Of a stretch of 38,498 nucleotides of DNA, positions 9,974 through 21,277 are shown piece after piece. A program made the position numbers and the translations under genes. How positions within the stretch are numbered: position 1 is the first letter of the stretch; each line of letters opens with the position of its first letter. Below the pieces are notes generated by a model. It was not told the DNA's origin, did no database searches, and worked only from the letters and a program-made list of their open reading frames with translations. The stretch spans positions 1-38,498 of the forward strand of contig JBFJXA010000003.1 of NCBI GenBank assembly GCA_041623375.1. Direction: 5' to 3'. This stretch comes from Gammaproteobacteria bacterium (GTDB lineage Bacteria; Pseudomonadota; Gammaproteobacteria; Steroidobacterales; Rariloculaceae).

Positions 9974-10348
9974 ATGGCACTCGTAATGATCGTCGACGAT
10001 TCACCGACGGAAGTGCATGTCATGAAGACAGCGCTCGAGAAGCACGGCTTCGAGACCGTTGCCGCGACGGACGGGTCGGAATGCCTGGAGCTCGCAAAGC
10101 GCGTTCGCCCGGACCTGATTCTCATGGACGTCGTCATGCCTGGAGTCAACGGTTTTCAGGCGACGCGGACGCTGGCCCGTGACCCGGCCACGAAAACCAT
10201 ACCGATCGTCATGATCTCGACGAAGAGCCAGGAGACCGACAAGATCTGGGGATTGCGTCAGGGCGCCGTGGATTTCCTCGTCAAGCCGGTCTCGGCGAAC
10301 GCGCTCGTCGCTAAGGCGCAAGAAGTCCTCTCTCGAATCGAGCATTGA
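9974..10348 (+). CDS. pilH: Response regulator PilH
   Basis: IVDDSPTE, LMDVVMPGVNGFQATRTL, KSQETDKIWGLRQGA. Confidence 0.95.
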   Translation: MALVMIVDDSPTEVHVMKTALEKHGFETVAATDGSECLELAKRVRPDLILMDVVMPGVNGFQATRTLARDPATKTIPIVMISTKSQETDKIWGLRQGAVDFLVKPVSANALVAKAQEVLSRIEH

Positions 10349-10929
10349 GCGCGATGACCCTCACCGAGCTGCGTGATCGGCCTTACGAGCTACTTCTCGC
10401 GATGGAAGAGCGGGCACGCGCCGCGGCCGTGCGCCGCGAAGGCGAGCACGCGGAGCGCGGCGGCGAGTGGATCGGCGTCGCTTTCAGGCTCGGTACGGAC
10501 CATTTCGTTGCCGACAGGGCCGACGTCAAAGAGGTCTTGTCGGTACCGGAGCTCATGACGCGCGTTCCGGGGGCCAAATCCTGGCTACGCGGAATCGCCA
10601 ACGTACGCGGTCAGCTAATCACCGTCGTCGATCTCAAGGCGTTTCTCGGGGGCGGGATCTCGATGACGGATCGTCGGTCTCGCGTGCTCGTCGCCTCGAG
10701 TCGTGACGTGCCGACGGGGCTGCTCGTCGACGAGGTGCTCGGTTTTCGGCGGTTCAACACGTCCGACTACCGCAGCGATGCGATCGCACCGATGATTCGG
10801 TGTGAAGGCTACATCGAGGGCAGCTACCGCCGTGGCGCCGAGGCCTGGCCTTACTTTCGGCTACCCAAACTGCTCGCGGACGAACAGTTCCTGAGAGCCG
10901 CCGACGTTATAGAGGCACAGGCAAGCTGA
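10345..10929 (+). CDS. pilI: CheW-like protein PilI
   Basis: [41 protein letters not shown]; start may be ATG 10354. Confidence 0.92.
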   Translation: MSAMTLTELRDRPYELLLAMEERARAAAVRREGEHAERGGEWIGVAFRLGTDHFVADRADVKEVLSVPELMTRVPGAKSWLRGIANVRGQLITVVDLKAFLGGGISMTDRRSRVLVASSRDVPTGLLVDEVLGFRRFNTSDYRSDAIAPMIRCEGYIEGSYRRGAEAWPYFRLPKLLADEQFLRAADVIEAQAS

Positions 10930-13016
10930 TGCCGACGGATTTTTGGCCGAAGGTGCTGGCTGGTCTCGCCGTCTTGTTAACGGCCTTGTTGCTGGGTCTT
11001 GCCTATCTCGCCTCGACGGGCGGATCCAGCCCACAGACAGCGGCGCCAGGTCGCTTCGTCGCCGAGACTCAGCGCCTGCGGGCGCAGAGCCGCGCCGCTA
11101 TCGCCGGTGATGCGCAGGCGCTCGACGCGCTGGCAACGGGCCGCGCGGCGCTCGCCCGGCTCGCACAGGCGCTCGGTGCTGCGGCAACGCCCGGCTCGCC
11201 GCTCGCGGCGCTGGCAGCGGGTGCCGAGGCGACCGCTGTCGAATCGAGCGTCGCGGCGATTCTGGACGCACGGGTCCAGCTCGAGTCCGCGGCGAGCGCG
11301 CGCGAGCAGCTTCGTCGTCTCGCGCCCGAACTGCTCGTGGCGACGGGAAACCTTGCGAGCGCCCTGCCGGTTGAAGGCCTCGCGCAGAACGAGCGCTACC
11401 TGGACCGGTTCCAGCTGACGGTGCAACGCATTCGTCAGAGTCTCGATGTTCTTGCCGCTGGCGGCGCGACGACCGAGCTCGTTCAGGAGTTGCGCGAGAG
11501 CGAGCAGTACCTGGGCGACATCCTCGCCGGACTTTCTGGAGACGGTTCGACGTTGGACATGGTGCCGGTCACGAGCGCGGCTTCGGCACAGGCCCTCGAG
11601 AGTGCGGTCGACGTGTTCGCGGACGTCAGAGGCAGTATCGGCACCATCGTCGCGGCCGCCGACACGTTGTTGAGCGCGCGGGCCGCCGCCGACGCGCTCG
11701 ACGAATCGGCCGAGGCAGTGTTTCAACGCTACGAAGACGTCGACGTCGGCAGTGTCGTAGCCGGCAGCGCCGGTAATGACGGCCTGGCTATCGCGCTTGC
11801 AGCCACCGCGGGGTTGCTCGCGCTGCTAATGGCTTTCGCCTATGTCCGCTCGCGAGACTATCGTCGAGTGGGTGACGACCTCGCCAAGCAGAACGAGCGA
11901 AATCAGCAGGCGATTCTGCGCCTGCTCGACGAGCTGTCGAGCCTCGCCGATGGCGATCTGACCGTCCAGGCGACGGTGACCGAAGACATTACCGGCGCGA
12001 TTGCCGATTCGATTAACTACGCCATCGAGGCCCTGCGTGAGCTCGTCGCGACCGTCACGGACTCCTCGCTGCTCGTCGACGCTGCAGCGAAACAGACCCA
12101 GGCGGCATCTGAGCACCTCGTTCGAGCGGCGCAGACGCAGGTCAAGCAGGCAGCGGGCGCGTCGGAGTCGATCGCCCATGTCGTGATGTCGATCGAGGAG
12201 GTCTCGGGTAACGCCGAGCGAAGCTCCGACGTCGCCCGGCACGCCGTCGACGTTGCCCACAAGGGCGGTGAAGCCGTGCGGCGCACCATCGACGGCATGA
12301 ACACGATCCGCGAGCAGATCCAGGACACGTCCAAGCGCATCAAACGGCTCGGTGAGAGCTCCCAGGAAATCGGCGATATCGTAGAGCTCATCGAGGAGAT
12401 TGCCGAGCAAACGAACATCCTTGCGCTCAACGCCTCGATCGAAGCCTCGCGAGCCGGCGAATCGAGCCGCGGTTTTGCCGTCGTCGCCGACGAGGTACAG
12501 AAGCTCGCGGAGCGCTCGAGCAACGCCGCGCGACAGATCGAAGTCATCGTGAGCACGATTCAGTCGGATACGAACGAGGCCGTTGTCTCGATGGAGCGCA
12601 GCACGACGGACGTCGTCGGTGGCGCGCTGTTGGCCGAGAACGCGGGCGCTGCGTTGGTCGAGATCGAGCAGGTGTCTCACCAGATCGCAAGCCTCGTGCA
12701 GAACATCTCGACTTCTACCAAGGCACAGACGCAGGCTGCGGCCGACATCACTGAGAGCATGCGCATCCTCAGGGAGATCAGCTCGAAAACGACCGAGTCG
12801 AGCGCCACGACCTCGAATGCGATCGGCAAGCTGTCGGAGCTGGCAAGCCAGCTGCGCAAGACGGTCAGCGGTTTCACGCTCCCTGATTTCGCGACCGGCA
12901 CGGGCATTCTTAGCGAGTCGCAGATTAGTGAGGGTTTACGAGAAGACCTCGGCGAGGAGTCGGCGGCTGCCGACGCGCCCGAGGATCCACCCGACCAGCG
13001 GCTGCAGTCCGGTTAG
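10929..13016 (+). CDS. pilJ: Methyl-accepting chemoreceptor PilJ
   Basis: Two TM segments, [36 protein letters not shown] hairpin [32 protein letters not shown]. Confidence 0.94.
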   Translation: MPTDFWPKVLAGLAVLLTALLLGLAYLASTGGSSPQTAAPGRFVAETQRLRAQSRAAIAGDAQALDALATGRAALARLAQALGAAATPGSPLAALAAGAEATAVESSVAAILDARVQLESAASAREQLRRLAPELLVATGNLASALPVEGLAQNERYLDRFQLTVQRIRQSLDVLAAGGATTELVQELRESEQYLGDILAGLSGDGSTLDMVPVTSAASAQALESAVDVFADVRGSIGTIVAAADTLLSARAAADALDESAEAVFQRYEDVDVGSVVAGSAGNDGLAIALAATAGLLALLMAFAYVRSRDYRRVGDDLAKQNERNQQAILRLLDELSSLADGDLTVQATVTEDITGAIADSINYAIEALRELVATVTDSSLLVDAAAKQTQAASEHLVRAAQTQVKQAAGASESIAHVVMSIEEVSGNAERSSDVARHAVDVAHKGGEAVRRTIDGMNTIREQIQDTSKRIKRLGESSQEIGDIVELIEEIAEQTNILALNASIEASRAGESSRGFAVVADEVQKLAERSSNAARQIEVIVSTIQSDTNEAVVSMERSTTDVVGGALLAENAGAALVEIEQVSHQIASLVQNISTSTKAQTQAAADITESMRILREISSKTTESSATTSNAIGKLSELASQLRKTVSGFTLPDFATGTGILSESQISEGLREDLGEESAAADAPEDPPDQRLQSG

Positions 13017-13031
13017 GTCGTAGAATCCGGA

Positions 13032-16000
13032 GTGATGACGGACACGGCTGCGCAATCGCTCGATCTCGTCAGCGGGGAGCTGACGACGACGCTCGAGACG
13101 GCCCGGGCACAGCTCGAATCCTATATCGAGGGTCAGGCCGGTTCCGAGAGCCTCGTCCGCTGCGCAGACCTGCTGCACCTGACGAGCGGCGCGCTGAAAA
13201 TCGTCGAAGCACACGGCGCGGCGTTGCTGGCCGACGAGATGCACGAGACCTGTAAGTTCCTCGGGGCAACGAAGGATGAGCAAATCCGCGAACGCGGCGT
13301 GGAGACGCTGACGCGCGCGATGGTACAGCTACCTGCGTACATCGACAGGCTGCTCAGTGGGGGCCGTGACGTCGCACTCGTGTTGCTGCCGCTGATCAAC
13401 GATCTGCGCGAGGTGACGAACCGGCCGATCTTGTCCGAGGGTACGCTCGTGCTGCTGAGCGCGGGTCCACAAGGGCGATTCGTTGCCACGCCGTCCGCGC
13501 CGACGTCCGCCGAGACGCGCGAAGAGGTGGATCGACAGGGGCTCGCGGCGCTACGCCCGCTGTTCCAGGCTGCGCTGCTCGGCTGGATACGTGGCGATCG
13601 CGCCGACTCACAGCTCGCGCAGCTCATCGATATCAGCAAACAGGTCGAGCAGGCTGTCAAGACCGAGCCCGGTCGCCAGATATGGTACGTCCTCACGGCC
13701 GTGCTCGAGGCTCTACGTGACGACGGGCTCGAGGAGACAGTCGCCCTCAAGCGGCTCGTCGGTCAGGCCGATCGGCAGCTCAAACGTCTCATCGACGAGG
13801 GTGAGAGCACGTTCGTGCAATCACCGCCGGCTGATCTGTTGAACGGACTCCTTTATTACGTCAGCCGCGCCAGCGGCGACCATGAGCGTCTCGAAGAGCT
13901 GCGCGAGCTCTACAACCTCGATGAGCTCGTGCCTGCAGAAGATCAGCTCGCCAAAGCACGCGATGAGCTGGCCGCCCCGAGCACGAAGCTCATGGATACA
14001 GTCGCGCGAGCCATCAAGGAGGATCTCGGCAGCGTCAAGGATTCGTTGGACATCTTCGTGCGAACCGGCATGGGCGATACGGCAGACCTCGCCCCGCAGC
14101 TGGAGATGCTCAAGAAGATCGCCGACACGCTCGGCGTCCTGGGTCTCAGCCATCTTCGCGATGAGATACGTAGCGAGGCCAAAGAGCTCAAGGCGATCGT
14201 CGTTACAGGCGCCGTGCCGGAGGAGGCGGCGCTCGAGAAGATCGCCGCGACATTGCTCGACGTCGAGGACACGCTCGACAAGGAGCTCGTTCGGGCCGTC
14301 GCACCGGCCGGCGCTAAAACGGACGAGACCGCCGAGACGGATGACAAGGAGCACTATCGCCGGGTCACGAAGACGGTGCTCGGCGAATGCATCGTCAATC
14401 TCTCGCATATCAAAGAGACGGTGATCCAGCTACTCGACGATCCGGGCAACGTCCGCGTTCTCGACCAGGTTCAGCCGCAGTTGCACGGCATTACCGCCGG
14501 TCTTCTCATGCTCGGCAAGTCGCGTGCGGTCGTGATCGTCGAGCGAATCGGCGCGGTGATCAAGGATCGACTTGCCCCGGGCGAGGCGGTCCTGGACCCG
14601 AACGAGCTCGAGCGCCTGGCCGATTCGATCGTGAGCATCGAGTATTACATGGAAACCGTCGCGGCCGGGCGCAGCGACCCCTGGTACATGCTCGACAACG
14701 CCGAACGATGCCTCGACGTGCTCGAGCGATACGTTTCGGCAGCCGCGACCGACCTGCCCGATGAGCCGGCGCTGGGCGGTGCCGACGAGGCTGCGACGGT
14801 CGTCGCCACCAATCTGCCGCCGGCCGAGCCCGAGTCGAAGCGGCCGGTCGTCATGCAGTCGGGCGAGGACAGGCCGGATCCGGAGCTCGTCGAGCTCTTC
14901 ATCGAGGAGGCGAAGGAGGAGATTGCGGGTATCAAGCGAAATCTTCCCGCCTGGCGGCAGGATCTCGATGATACCGACGCGCTGATGGCCGTCCGCCGGG
15001 CATTCCACACGCTCAAGGGCAGTGGCCGCATGGTGGGCGCGCAGCTCATCGGCGAGTTCTGCTGGAGCGTGGAGAAGATTCTGAACCGCATCATCAATAG
15101 AACCTTGCCGGCGACCGAGCCCATGCTCGAGTTTCTCGATGAGGCCGCGGCGGCGTTGCCGGTGCTTGTCGAGCAGCTCGAGATCGGCACGCCACCGAAG
15201 CTCGAGATCGAGAAGCTCATGAGCCGTGCAGACTCTTACTCGGAGACCGGCTCGGAGGCCGTGCTCGCGAGCGAGACGATGCAGATGCAGGTTCTGGAGG
15301 GCCCTGACTTAGGCGCCGCGCAAGCCGATGAGTCGCCGGGTGAGAGCATGGACCCCGTGCTCGCGGAGATCTTCGCTCGCGAGGCCCGCACGCACCTCGA
15401 GGCGATCTCGGATTATCTCGTGAGCGTCGAGCTGACCGAAGCGCCCTACACGATCGAGGAGCCGCTGTTTCGCGCTTGTCACACGCTGCTCGGCAGCGCG
15501 ACGATGGCGTCGTTCGATCCGCTGATCGCTGTTATCGACCCGTTGGCTGCGTATATCGCTGCGGGTTACGAGACGGGCGCCGGTCTCGACGCAACCGGCC
15601 TCAACGTGCTGCAGCGGGCCCTTCTGACGATGCGCGCGATGGTGGCGGCGCTCGAGGCGAGCGAGCCGTTTACGGATGACGTATCAAAGCTGACGGCCGA
15701 GCTGCGCGCTCTTCGCGAATCCAAGCGCGTTGAGAAACCCGAGGACGCGACGTCCGAGGAGCCGGCGCACGAGGAGCCTGCGCAGGAGATCGATCCTGAA
15801 ATCGTTGCAATATTCTCTGAAGAGGCCGCCGAGATATTGGACGGCGCCGAGCTTGCGTTGCAGGATTTTCGACGGGATTCGAGCCAGACGGTCCAGCTTG
15901 CCGAGCTTCAGCGTCTGCTGCATACGCTCAAGGGTGGAGCGCGCATGGCGGGCATGGCGGTAATGGGAAACCTGAGCCACTGTCTCGAAGATCTGCTCGA

Positions 16001-18317
16001 GGGAATGGCCGCCGGGACCGTCCCGCCGAGTGCCGATGCGGTTGACGTTGTCCAGCAGAGTCTCGATCAACTCCACCATATGCGTGATGCGATCGACGCG
16101 GGGCGCCCGTTACAGGCGCCTGCGGCATTGCTCGAGCGAATCGACCGCGTGGCGCGGGGTGCGGCGCCGGCACCGGCGCGGGTCGAATCGAGCTCCGACG
16201 TCGCGGCCGCCGCGCTCGAGGAGACGCCGGCCGAGGTCGACGACGCCGACGTGGTCGACGGCGCAGATGCAGGCTCCGTAGCAGCCGAGGTCGGTAGTGT
16301 CGAGGATGCGGCGCCCGCGCCGGTGACGGACATCGATATCGACGCCCTCGGCACGATGACGCTGACGCCCGATGACCTCGCGCGTTTCGAGGCGGTGCAC
16401 GCGGCAGCGCCCGATGCGTCCGCTGCGGCAGAGCCCTCGAGCGGTGATGAGGTCGGTCCGCAAACGGCGGCCACCGGGGAGGCGGATCAGGAGGCCGCGG
16501 GTACTGCACCCGAGCGCGTTCGCGTCGACGCCGAGTTGCTCGATGCGTTGCTCAACGGTGTCGGCGAGATCAACATCTTCCAGTCTCGACTCGCGCAGCA
16601 GTCAAATAACCTCGAAGCCAACCTCAGTGAGCTCGACGAAACCGTCGTCCGACTGCGCGACCAACTCAGACAGTTCGAAGCCGAGACCGAGGCGCAGATC
16701 CTGCACACTCACCAGGACGATTCCGAGGCGCGTGGACATTTCGATCCGCTAGAGCTCGATCGTTATTCGAAAATTCAGCAGCTCTCCAGGGCCCTGGCCG
16801 AGACGGCGAACGACGTCGCGAGTCTCAACGAGCTGTTGCGCGGTCTGGCGAATGAAACGAGCGCCTTGCTGACCCAGCAGGCGCGCGTCACGACGACCGT
16901 CCAGGATGGGCTCATGCAGACGCGCATGGTGCCGTTTCAGCGCTACGTGCCGCGCCTGGCGAGAATCGTGCGTCAGGCGTGCGCCGATTCCGGCAAATCT
17001 GCAGAGCTAGCCATCGAGGGCGCCCAGGGAGAGCTCGACCGTCAGATCATCGAGCGCATGCTGGCGCCGCTGGAGCATCTGCTGCGCAACGCCGTCGTGC
17101 ACGGCATCGAGCCGCGTGAGGCTCGCGTGGCGAAGGGTAAGCCGGAGGTCGGGCGTATCAGCCTGCAGCTGCAGCGCGAGGGTTCCGAGGTGCTGATCCA
17201 GGTTGCTGATGACGGCGCAGGTCTCGACCTCGACGGTATCCGGCACAAGGCGCGCGAGCTCGGCATGCTCCCGGAGGGCGCAACGCTGTCTGACGGGGAT
17301 GCGATGGAGCTCATTCTGCGGCCCGGATTCACGACAGCCGGTGAGCTCACGCATGCTGCAGGACGTGGTGTCGGCATGGACGTCGTCAACGATCAAATCA
17401 AGAAGCTCGGCGGGTCGTTGCGCATCGAGTCGAAGCGCGATGCGGGCTCGCGTTTCATTCTGCGGCTGCCGTACACGTTGGCAGTCACACATGCCCTGAT
17501 CGTCGACGTCGGCGAGGAGACGTTCGCTCTGCCGCTGCCGACGGTCGAGGGCGTTACGCGCGTGCCGAAAGACCAATTACTCGAGCTGCTGACCGCCGAC
17601 GACCCGAGACTCGAGCACGGCGGCCTCAGCTATCGACTGCAACATCTGGGGTCCTTCGTTGGCGCAGCCCCGTCTTCGCTTCCGGACGATGACAATTTCG
17701 TATCGCTGGTCCTCGTGCGCGCCGGTGAGAGCTCGGCCGCGCTACTGACCGACGCGCTCGAGGGCAGCCGTGAGATCGTCGTCAAGACGCTCGGGCCGCA
17801 CCTCGTCGGGATTCCGGGAATCTCCGGCGCCACGATCCTCGGTGACGGACGGATCATCATCATTCTCGACGTGGGCACGCTGATTCGCAGTCAGAAAGAC
17901 GTCGCCACGCTGGTCCAGCCCGCCGCACAGCCGCAACCGGCGAAAGCCATCACGGCGCTCGTCGTTGACGATTCCATCACCATGCGGCGCGTCAGCCAGC
18001 GCCTGCTCGAGCGGCACGGCGTGCGCGTGCTCACAGCACGTGACGGCATGGACGCCGTAACGGTCCTCCAGGACCATACGCCCGATGTGATATTGCTCGA
18101 TATCGAGATGCCGCGTATGGATGGCTATCAGTTCGCAACGCATGTCCGCAATGACCCCGACGCTAGAGATATCCCGATCATCATGATCACCTCGCGTTCC
18201 GGCGAGAAACATCGCGCGCGTGCCATCGAGATCGGTGTGAACGATTATCTGAGCAAGCCGTACCAGGAGGATCAGCTCATTCGGGCGATCACGGGTTTGC
18301 TGGGGCGTGAGCTGTGA
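13032..18317 (+). CDS. chpA: Chemosensory hybrid histidine kinase ChpA/PilL (multiple Hpt, HATPase, CheW, REC domains)
   Basis: Hpt motifs FHTLKGSGRM, CHTLLGSATM, LHTLKGGARM; EHLLRNAVVHGIE, DDGAG, GRGVGMDVV; C-terminal receiver VDDSITMR..LDIEMPRMDG. Confidence 0.95.
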   Translation: MMTDTAAQSLDLVSGELTTTLETARAQLESYIEGQAGSESLVRCADLLHLTSGALKIVEAHGAALLADEMHETCKFLGATKDEQIRERGVETLTRAMVQLPAYIDRLLSGGRDVALVLLPLINDLREVTNRPILSEGTLVLLSAGPQGRFVATPSAPTSAETREEVDRQGLAALRPLFQAALLGWIRGDRADSQLAQLIDISKQVEQAVKTEPGRQIWYVLTAVLEALRDDGLEETVALKRLVGQADRQLKRLIDEGESTFVQSPPADLLNGLLYYVSRASGDHERLEELRELYNLDELVPAEDQLAKARDELAAPSTKLMDTVARAIKEDLGSVKDSLDIFVRTGMGDTADLAPQLEMLKKIADTLGVLGLSHLRDEIRSEAKELKAIVVTGAVPEEAALEKIAATLLDVEDTLDKELVRAVAPAGAKTDETAETDDKEHYRRVTKTVLGECIVNLSHIKETVIQLLDDPGNVRVLDQVQPQLHGITAGLLMLGKSRAVVIVERIGAVIKDRLAPGEAVLDPNELERLADSIVSIEYYMETVAAGRSDPWYMLDNAERCLDVLERYVSAAATDLPDEPALGGADEAATVVATNLPPAEPESKRPVVMQSGEDRPDPELVELFIEEAKEEIAGIKRNLPAWRQDLDDTDALMAVRRAFHTLKGSGRMVGAQLIGEFCWSVEKILNRIINRTLPATEPMLEFLDEAAAALPVLVEQLEIGTPPKLEIEKLMSRADSYSETGSEAVLASETMQMQVLEGPDLGAAQADESPGESMDPVLAEIFAREARTHLEAISDYLVSVELTEAPYTIEEPLFRACHTLLGSATMASFDPLIAVIDPLAAYIAAGYETGAGLDATGLNVLQRALLTMRAMVAALEASEPFTDDVSKLTAELRALRESKRVEKPEDATSEEPAHEEPAQEIDPEIVAIFSEEAAEILDGAELALQDFRRDSSQTVQLAELQRLLHTLKGGARMAGMAVMGNLSHCLEDLLEGMAAGTVPPSADAVDVVQQSLDQLHHMRDAIDAGRPLQAPAALLERIDRVARGAAPAPARVESSSDVAAAALEETPAEVDDADVVDGADAGSVAAEVGSVEDAAPAPVTDIDIDALGTMTLTPDDLARFEAVHAAAPDASAAAEPSSGDEVGPQTAATGEADQEAAGTAPERVRVDAELLDALLNGVGEINIFQSRLAQQSNNLEANLSELDETVVRLRDQLRQFEAETEAQILHTHQDDSEARGHFDPLELDRYSKIQQLSRALAETANDVASLNELLRGLANETSALLTQQARVTTTVQDGLMQTRMVPFQRYVPRLARIVRQACADSGKSAELAIEGAQGELDRQIIERMLAPLEHLLRNAVVHGIEPREARVAKGKPEVGRISLQLQREGSEVLIQVADDGAGLDLDGIRHKARELGMLPEGATLSDGDAMELILRPGFTTAGELTHAAGRGVGMDVVNDQIKKLGGSLRIESKRDAGSRFILRLPYTLAVTHALIVDVGEETFALPLPTVEGVTRVPKDQLLELLTADDPRLEHGGLSYRLQHLGSFVGAAPSSLPDDDNFVSLVLVRAGESSAALLTDALEGSREIVVKTLGPHLVGIPGISGATILGDGRIIIILDVGTLIRSQKDVATLVQPAAQPQPAKAITALVVDDSITMRRVSQRLLERHGVRVLTARDGMDAVTVLQDHTPDVILLDIEMPRMDGYQFATHVRNDPDARDIPIIMITSRSGEKHRARAIEIGVNDYLSKPYQEDQLIRAITGLLGREL

Positions 18318-18802
18318 CTGGCGAACAGACGGAGCTCTATAGCCTGCTGGTGCCGCTTCAGGGTGAACGTCTTCTCGTTCCACGCGCGTGCGTGGCGGAG
18401 GTCATCGCGTTCGTCGCTCCAGAGCTCGCGAATACAGATCGGACATTGCCGGCGTGGTTTCTCGGTTACATCACGTGGAACGACAGGCGCCTGCCCGTCG
18501 CCTCTTTCGAGGCGATGTCGGGGGAGGAAGCCAAGAGACGGCCGGGACGAACTCGCATCGTCGTATTCAACACGCTCGGCGATGCCTTCGAGGGCGGCTA
18601 CTACGGCATCATTACGCAGGGCTTTCCTCAGCTCGTGCGCGTCAACGCTGACGTGTTGACCGCAGAAACGGAAAAAGGCTGGTCGGACGGTCAGCCCGTC
18701 ATCTGCAGAGCGCGCATGATCAACGAGTTTCCACTCATTCCCGACATGGAACGTCTGGAAGCCATGATTGCCGAGGTTTGTGGCGTCGAGCAGACTGCCT
18801 GA
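18314..18802 (+). CDS. chpC: CheW-like protein ChpC
   Basis: LLVP..RLLVP..VAEVI, PAWFLGYITW..RLPVASFE, QGFPQLVRV; overlaps chpA stop. Confidence 0.88.
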   Translation: MTGEQTELYSLLVPLQGERLLVPRACVAEVIAFVAPELANTDRTLPAWFLGYITWNDRRLPVASFEAMSGEEAKRRPGRTRIVVFNTLGDAFEGGYYGIITQGFPQLVRVNADVLTAETEKGWSDGQPVICRARMINEFPLIPDMERLEAMIAEVCGVEQTA

Positions 18803-18807
18803 TCGGT

Positions 18808-19584
18808 TCAGCGCTCGAGTAGGTCACCCCAGTGGGCTTGCGCCAGGGCACACGCAGCGATCGCGGCTGTCTCGACGCGCAGAATCCGCGGACCGAGCCG
18901 GGCTCTGCCGAAGCCTGCTCTTTCTGCAAGCAGGAAGTCGCGCTCGCTCAAGCCGCCTTCGGGGCCAATCAGAATACGCACCGGCTCAGCGCGATGCGCT
19001 GCGCTCGAGGCGTCGGCGAACGCGGTCTCGGCTTCGGGGTCGAGCACGAGCCGCGTACCCGCCCGCGCCAGCGCATCGAGGCCGTGCTCGAGCGGCTGGG
19101 GTTCGAAGATCAGGGGCGGCGTATGGCGACCGGACTGCTCGCAGGCGCTGTGCGCAATGCGTTGCCAGTGATCGACACGACGGCGGATGCGTTGTGCGTC
19201 CATCTTCACGACCGAATACTCCGTGACGACCGGCACGATCGAGCGCACGCCGAGCTCGGTGGCCTTTTGAACGATGAGATCCATCGCGTCCGACTTCGCG
19301 ATGCCCTGAATCAACGCCAGGTCGAGCTCCGGGTCCGGAATTCGCGCCCGCTCTGACGTGATGCGCAGCTCGGCGCCGTCGCGAGTCAGAGTCTGGATTT
19401 GCGCCAGGTATTCGTTGCCGTGCCCGTCGAAGACGACGACGTCGTTCCCCGACCTCAGCCTGAGCACGTGGCGTAGATAGTGCGCCTGCTTGCCGGGCAG
19501 GGCGATTACCGGACGCTCGAGATCGCCCTCGACGAACAACCGCGGCACGCGTGCGGTCGTAGTTGTAGTTGACTGTATGCTCAT
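18808..19584 (-). CDS. rsmE: 16S rRNA m3U1498 methyltransferase RsmE
   Basis: HYLRHVLRL, IVQKATELGV, ACEQSGR, IGPEGGLS, LGPRILRVETA; start uncertain (ATG 19584 chosen). Confidence 0.95.
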   Translation of the reverse strand: MSIQSTTTTTARVPRLFVEGDLERPVIALPGKQAHYLRHVLRLRSGNDVVVFDGHGNEYLAQIQTLTRDGAELRITSERARIPDPELDLALIQGIAKSDAMDLIVQKATELGVRSIVPVVTEYSVVKMDAQRIRRRVDHWQRIAHSACEQSGRHTPPLIFEPQPLEHGLDALARAGTRLVLDPEAETAFADASSAAHRAEPVRILIGPEGGLSERDFLLAERAGFGRARLGPRILRVETAAIAACALAQAHWGDLLER

Positions 19585-19670
19585 CGAAGTCTGCGCGGGT
19601 GCCGATGGCGCTTGGTATATAGTTGCCGCATCCGCAGCTTCGATCAAATCCGCGTGCTGCGCCTGCGCCT

Positions 19671-20222
19671 ATGAAAATCGATATCGCGACAGGTTGGCTC
19701 GACGGCGTTAGACGCCTGGAGTCTCCGAATTGTGACGAGCGACCCTCGGGCTGTGAGCTCGATCTCATCGTCATTCATGGAATCAGCCTGCCGCCGGGTG
19801 AATTCGGTGGCACGGGTATCGATGAGCTTTTCTCGAATGCGCTGGACCCCGACGCGCATCCCTATTATCGGGAGATATGTCACCTGCGTGTGTCCAGCCA
19901 TGCATTGATATCGAGACGGGGCGAGGTTACCCAATATGTCTCGTTTGCGCATAGGGCCTGGCACGCCGGAGAGTCCAGCCACTGTGGGCGCGAAAAATGC
20001 AACGATTTCTCCGTCGGTATCGAGCTCGAGGGTACGGACGAGTGCGCGTACGAGGCCGTTCAGTACGACCGCCTCGCGCAGCTTGTTCGAGCACTGCGCC
20101 GGACCTATGCTTCGTTGCAGAGAGCCGAAATCGTCGGACATTGCGACATCGCACCGGGTCGCAAGACTGATCCCGGCCCTTTTTTCGACTGGAAGGCGCT
20201 CGACGCGTTGCTGGCTGGCTAG
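19671..20222 (+). CDS. ampD: 1,6-anhydro-N-acetylmuramyl-L-alanine amidase AmpD
   Basis: SPNCDERP, IHGISLPPGEFG, RAWHAGES, NDFSVGIELEG, GHCDIAPGRKTDPG. Confidence 0.96.
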   Translation: MKIDIATGWLDGVRRLESPNCDERPSGCELDLIVIHGISLPPGEFGGTGIDELFSNALDPDAHPYYREICHLRVSSHALISRRGEVTQYVSFAHRAWHAGESSHCGREKCNDFSVGIELEGTDECAYEAVQYDRLAQLVRALRRTYASLQRAEIVGHCDIAPGRKTDPGPFFDWKALDALLAG

Positions 20223-20234
20223 AACGACTCTCGT

Positions 20235-21158
20235 ATGAAACTCATTGCGCTAATTCTCGGTCTGGTTCTCGAGCGCCTCGCTACAGAGCTACTGCATCTG
20301 CGCGAGCTGCGTTGGTTCGACGGCTATTTCGATTTCGCGATCTCGCGGCTGTTAACCGTGCCGCCGTGGCTGCTTTATCCGGGCGTGATCGCCGCTCTGC
20401 TGGTTCCGGTCGTTCCCGTGCTCTGGGCAAGTCTATATCTCGCAGCGGCGTTTACGCCCCTGGGGTGGCCGCAGATCATGACCGCAGTGCTCTGGTCGCT
20501 GCCTTACGTGTTGTTCACCGTGCTGATCTTATTCTTCTCGCTCGGGCCACGTGATCTCGGCAGCGAGGTCGACGAGTACTGCGCTGCAGTCGAGGCGGGC
20601 GATACCGAACAGTCGGAACGCGTTTTGACCGAGCTCTGCGAGGTCGAGCACTCCGGTGCCAGCGAGATCGAGGCCGTGGAAGAGGCGATCTTCGTTCAGG
20701 CGACGAACCGGATATTCGGTGTCGTATTCTGGTTCATCGCACTCGGTCCCGTCGGCGCGTGGCTATTTCGTGCGAGCGATCTTTTTCGACGACGTGTCTC
20801 ATTCAGATTCAACCGGGATCCGGCGGGTCTGGCGGGCGCGGTTGCCGCCGTCGACAACGTTCACGGCATACTCGTGTGGGCGCCGGCGCGGCTCGCGATT
20901 CTCGGATATGCGCTCAGCGGTAGCTTTGACGATGCGCTGAACTGCTGGCGCAGCTACGAGCTCAAGTCCGATCTGCCGTTCCATCGTAGCAACGACGAGG
21001 TCGTGGCCTGCGTCGGCAAGGCTGCGATGACCGGTTTTCTCCAGGAGAGTCCGAACTCGGCAGCCGCGGCACGCAACGCGATGCGGCTCGTCCACAGAAC
21101 CGTCTTCATCTGGTTGACGATCATCGGTCTCATGACGATTTTCGGCTGGGCGGTCTAG
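20235..21158 (+). CDS. ampE: AmpE/CobD-CbiB family inner-membrane protein
   Basis: Several hydrophobic segments, FSLGPRDL, IFGVVFWF..LGPVGA..FR, WAPARL..YALSGSF; directly after ampD. Confidence 0.82.
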   Translation: MKLIALILGLVLERLATELLHLRELRWFDGYFDFAISRLLTVPPWLLYPGVIAALLVPVVPVLWASLYLAAAFTPLGWPQIMTAVLWSLPYVLFTVLILFFSLGPRDLGSEVDEYCAAVEAGDTEQSERVLTELCEVEHSGASEIEAVEEAIFVQATNRIFGVVFWFIALGPVGAWLFRASDLFRRRVSFRFNRDPAGLAGAVAAVDNVHGILVWAPARLAILGYALSGSFDDALNCWRSYELKSDLPFHRSNDEVVACVGKAAMTGFLQESPNSAAAARNAMRLVHRTVFIWLTIIGLMTIFGWAV

Positions 21159-21277
21159 CGGCCGTGGAATGGGTCGTCAGCGCGGCGGGTCGACTCGGGG
21201 TGTCAGAGATAATCGGGCGCGAGCTTTGTTCCAACATCGCTGCGCTTGCAGCCCAATTGACTGTGTTTCCGGCTGAT

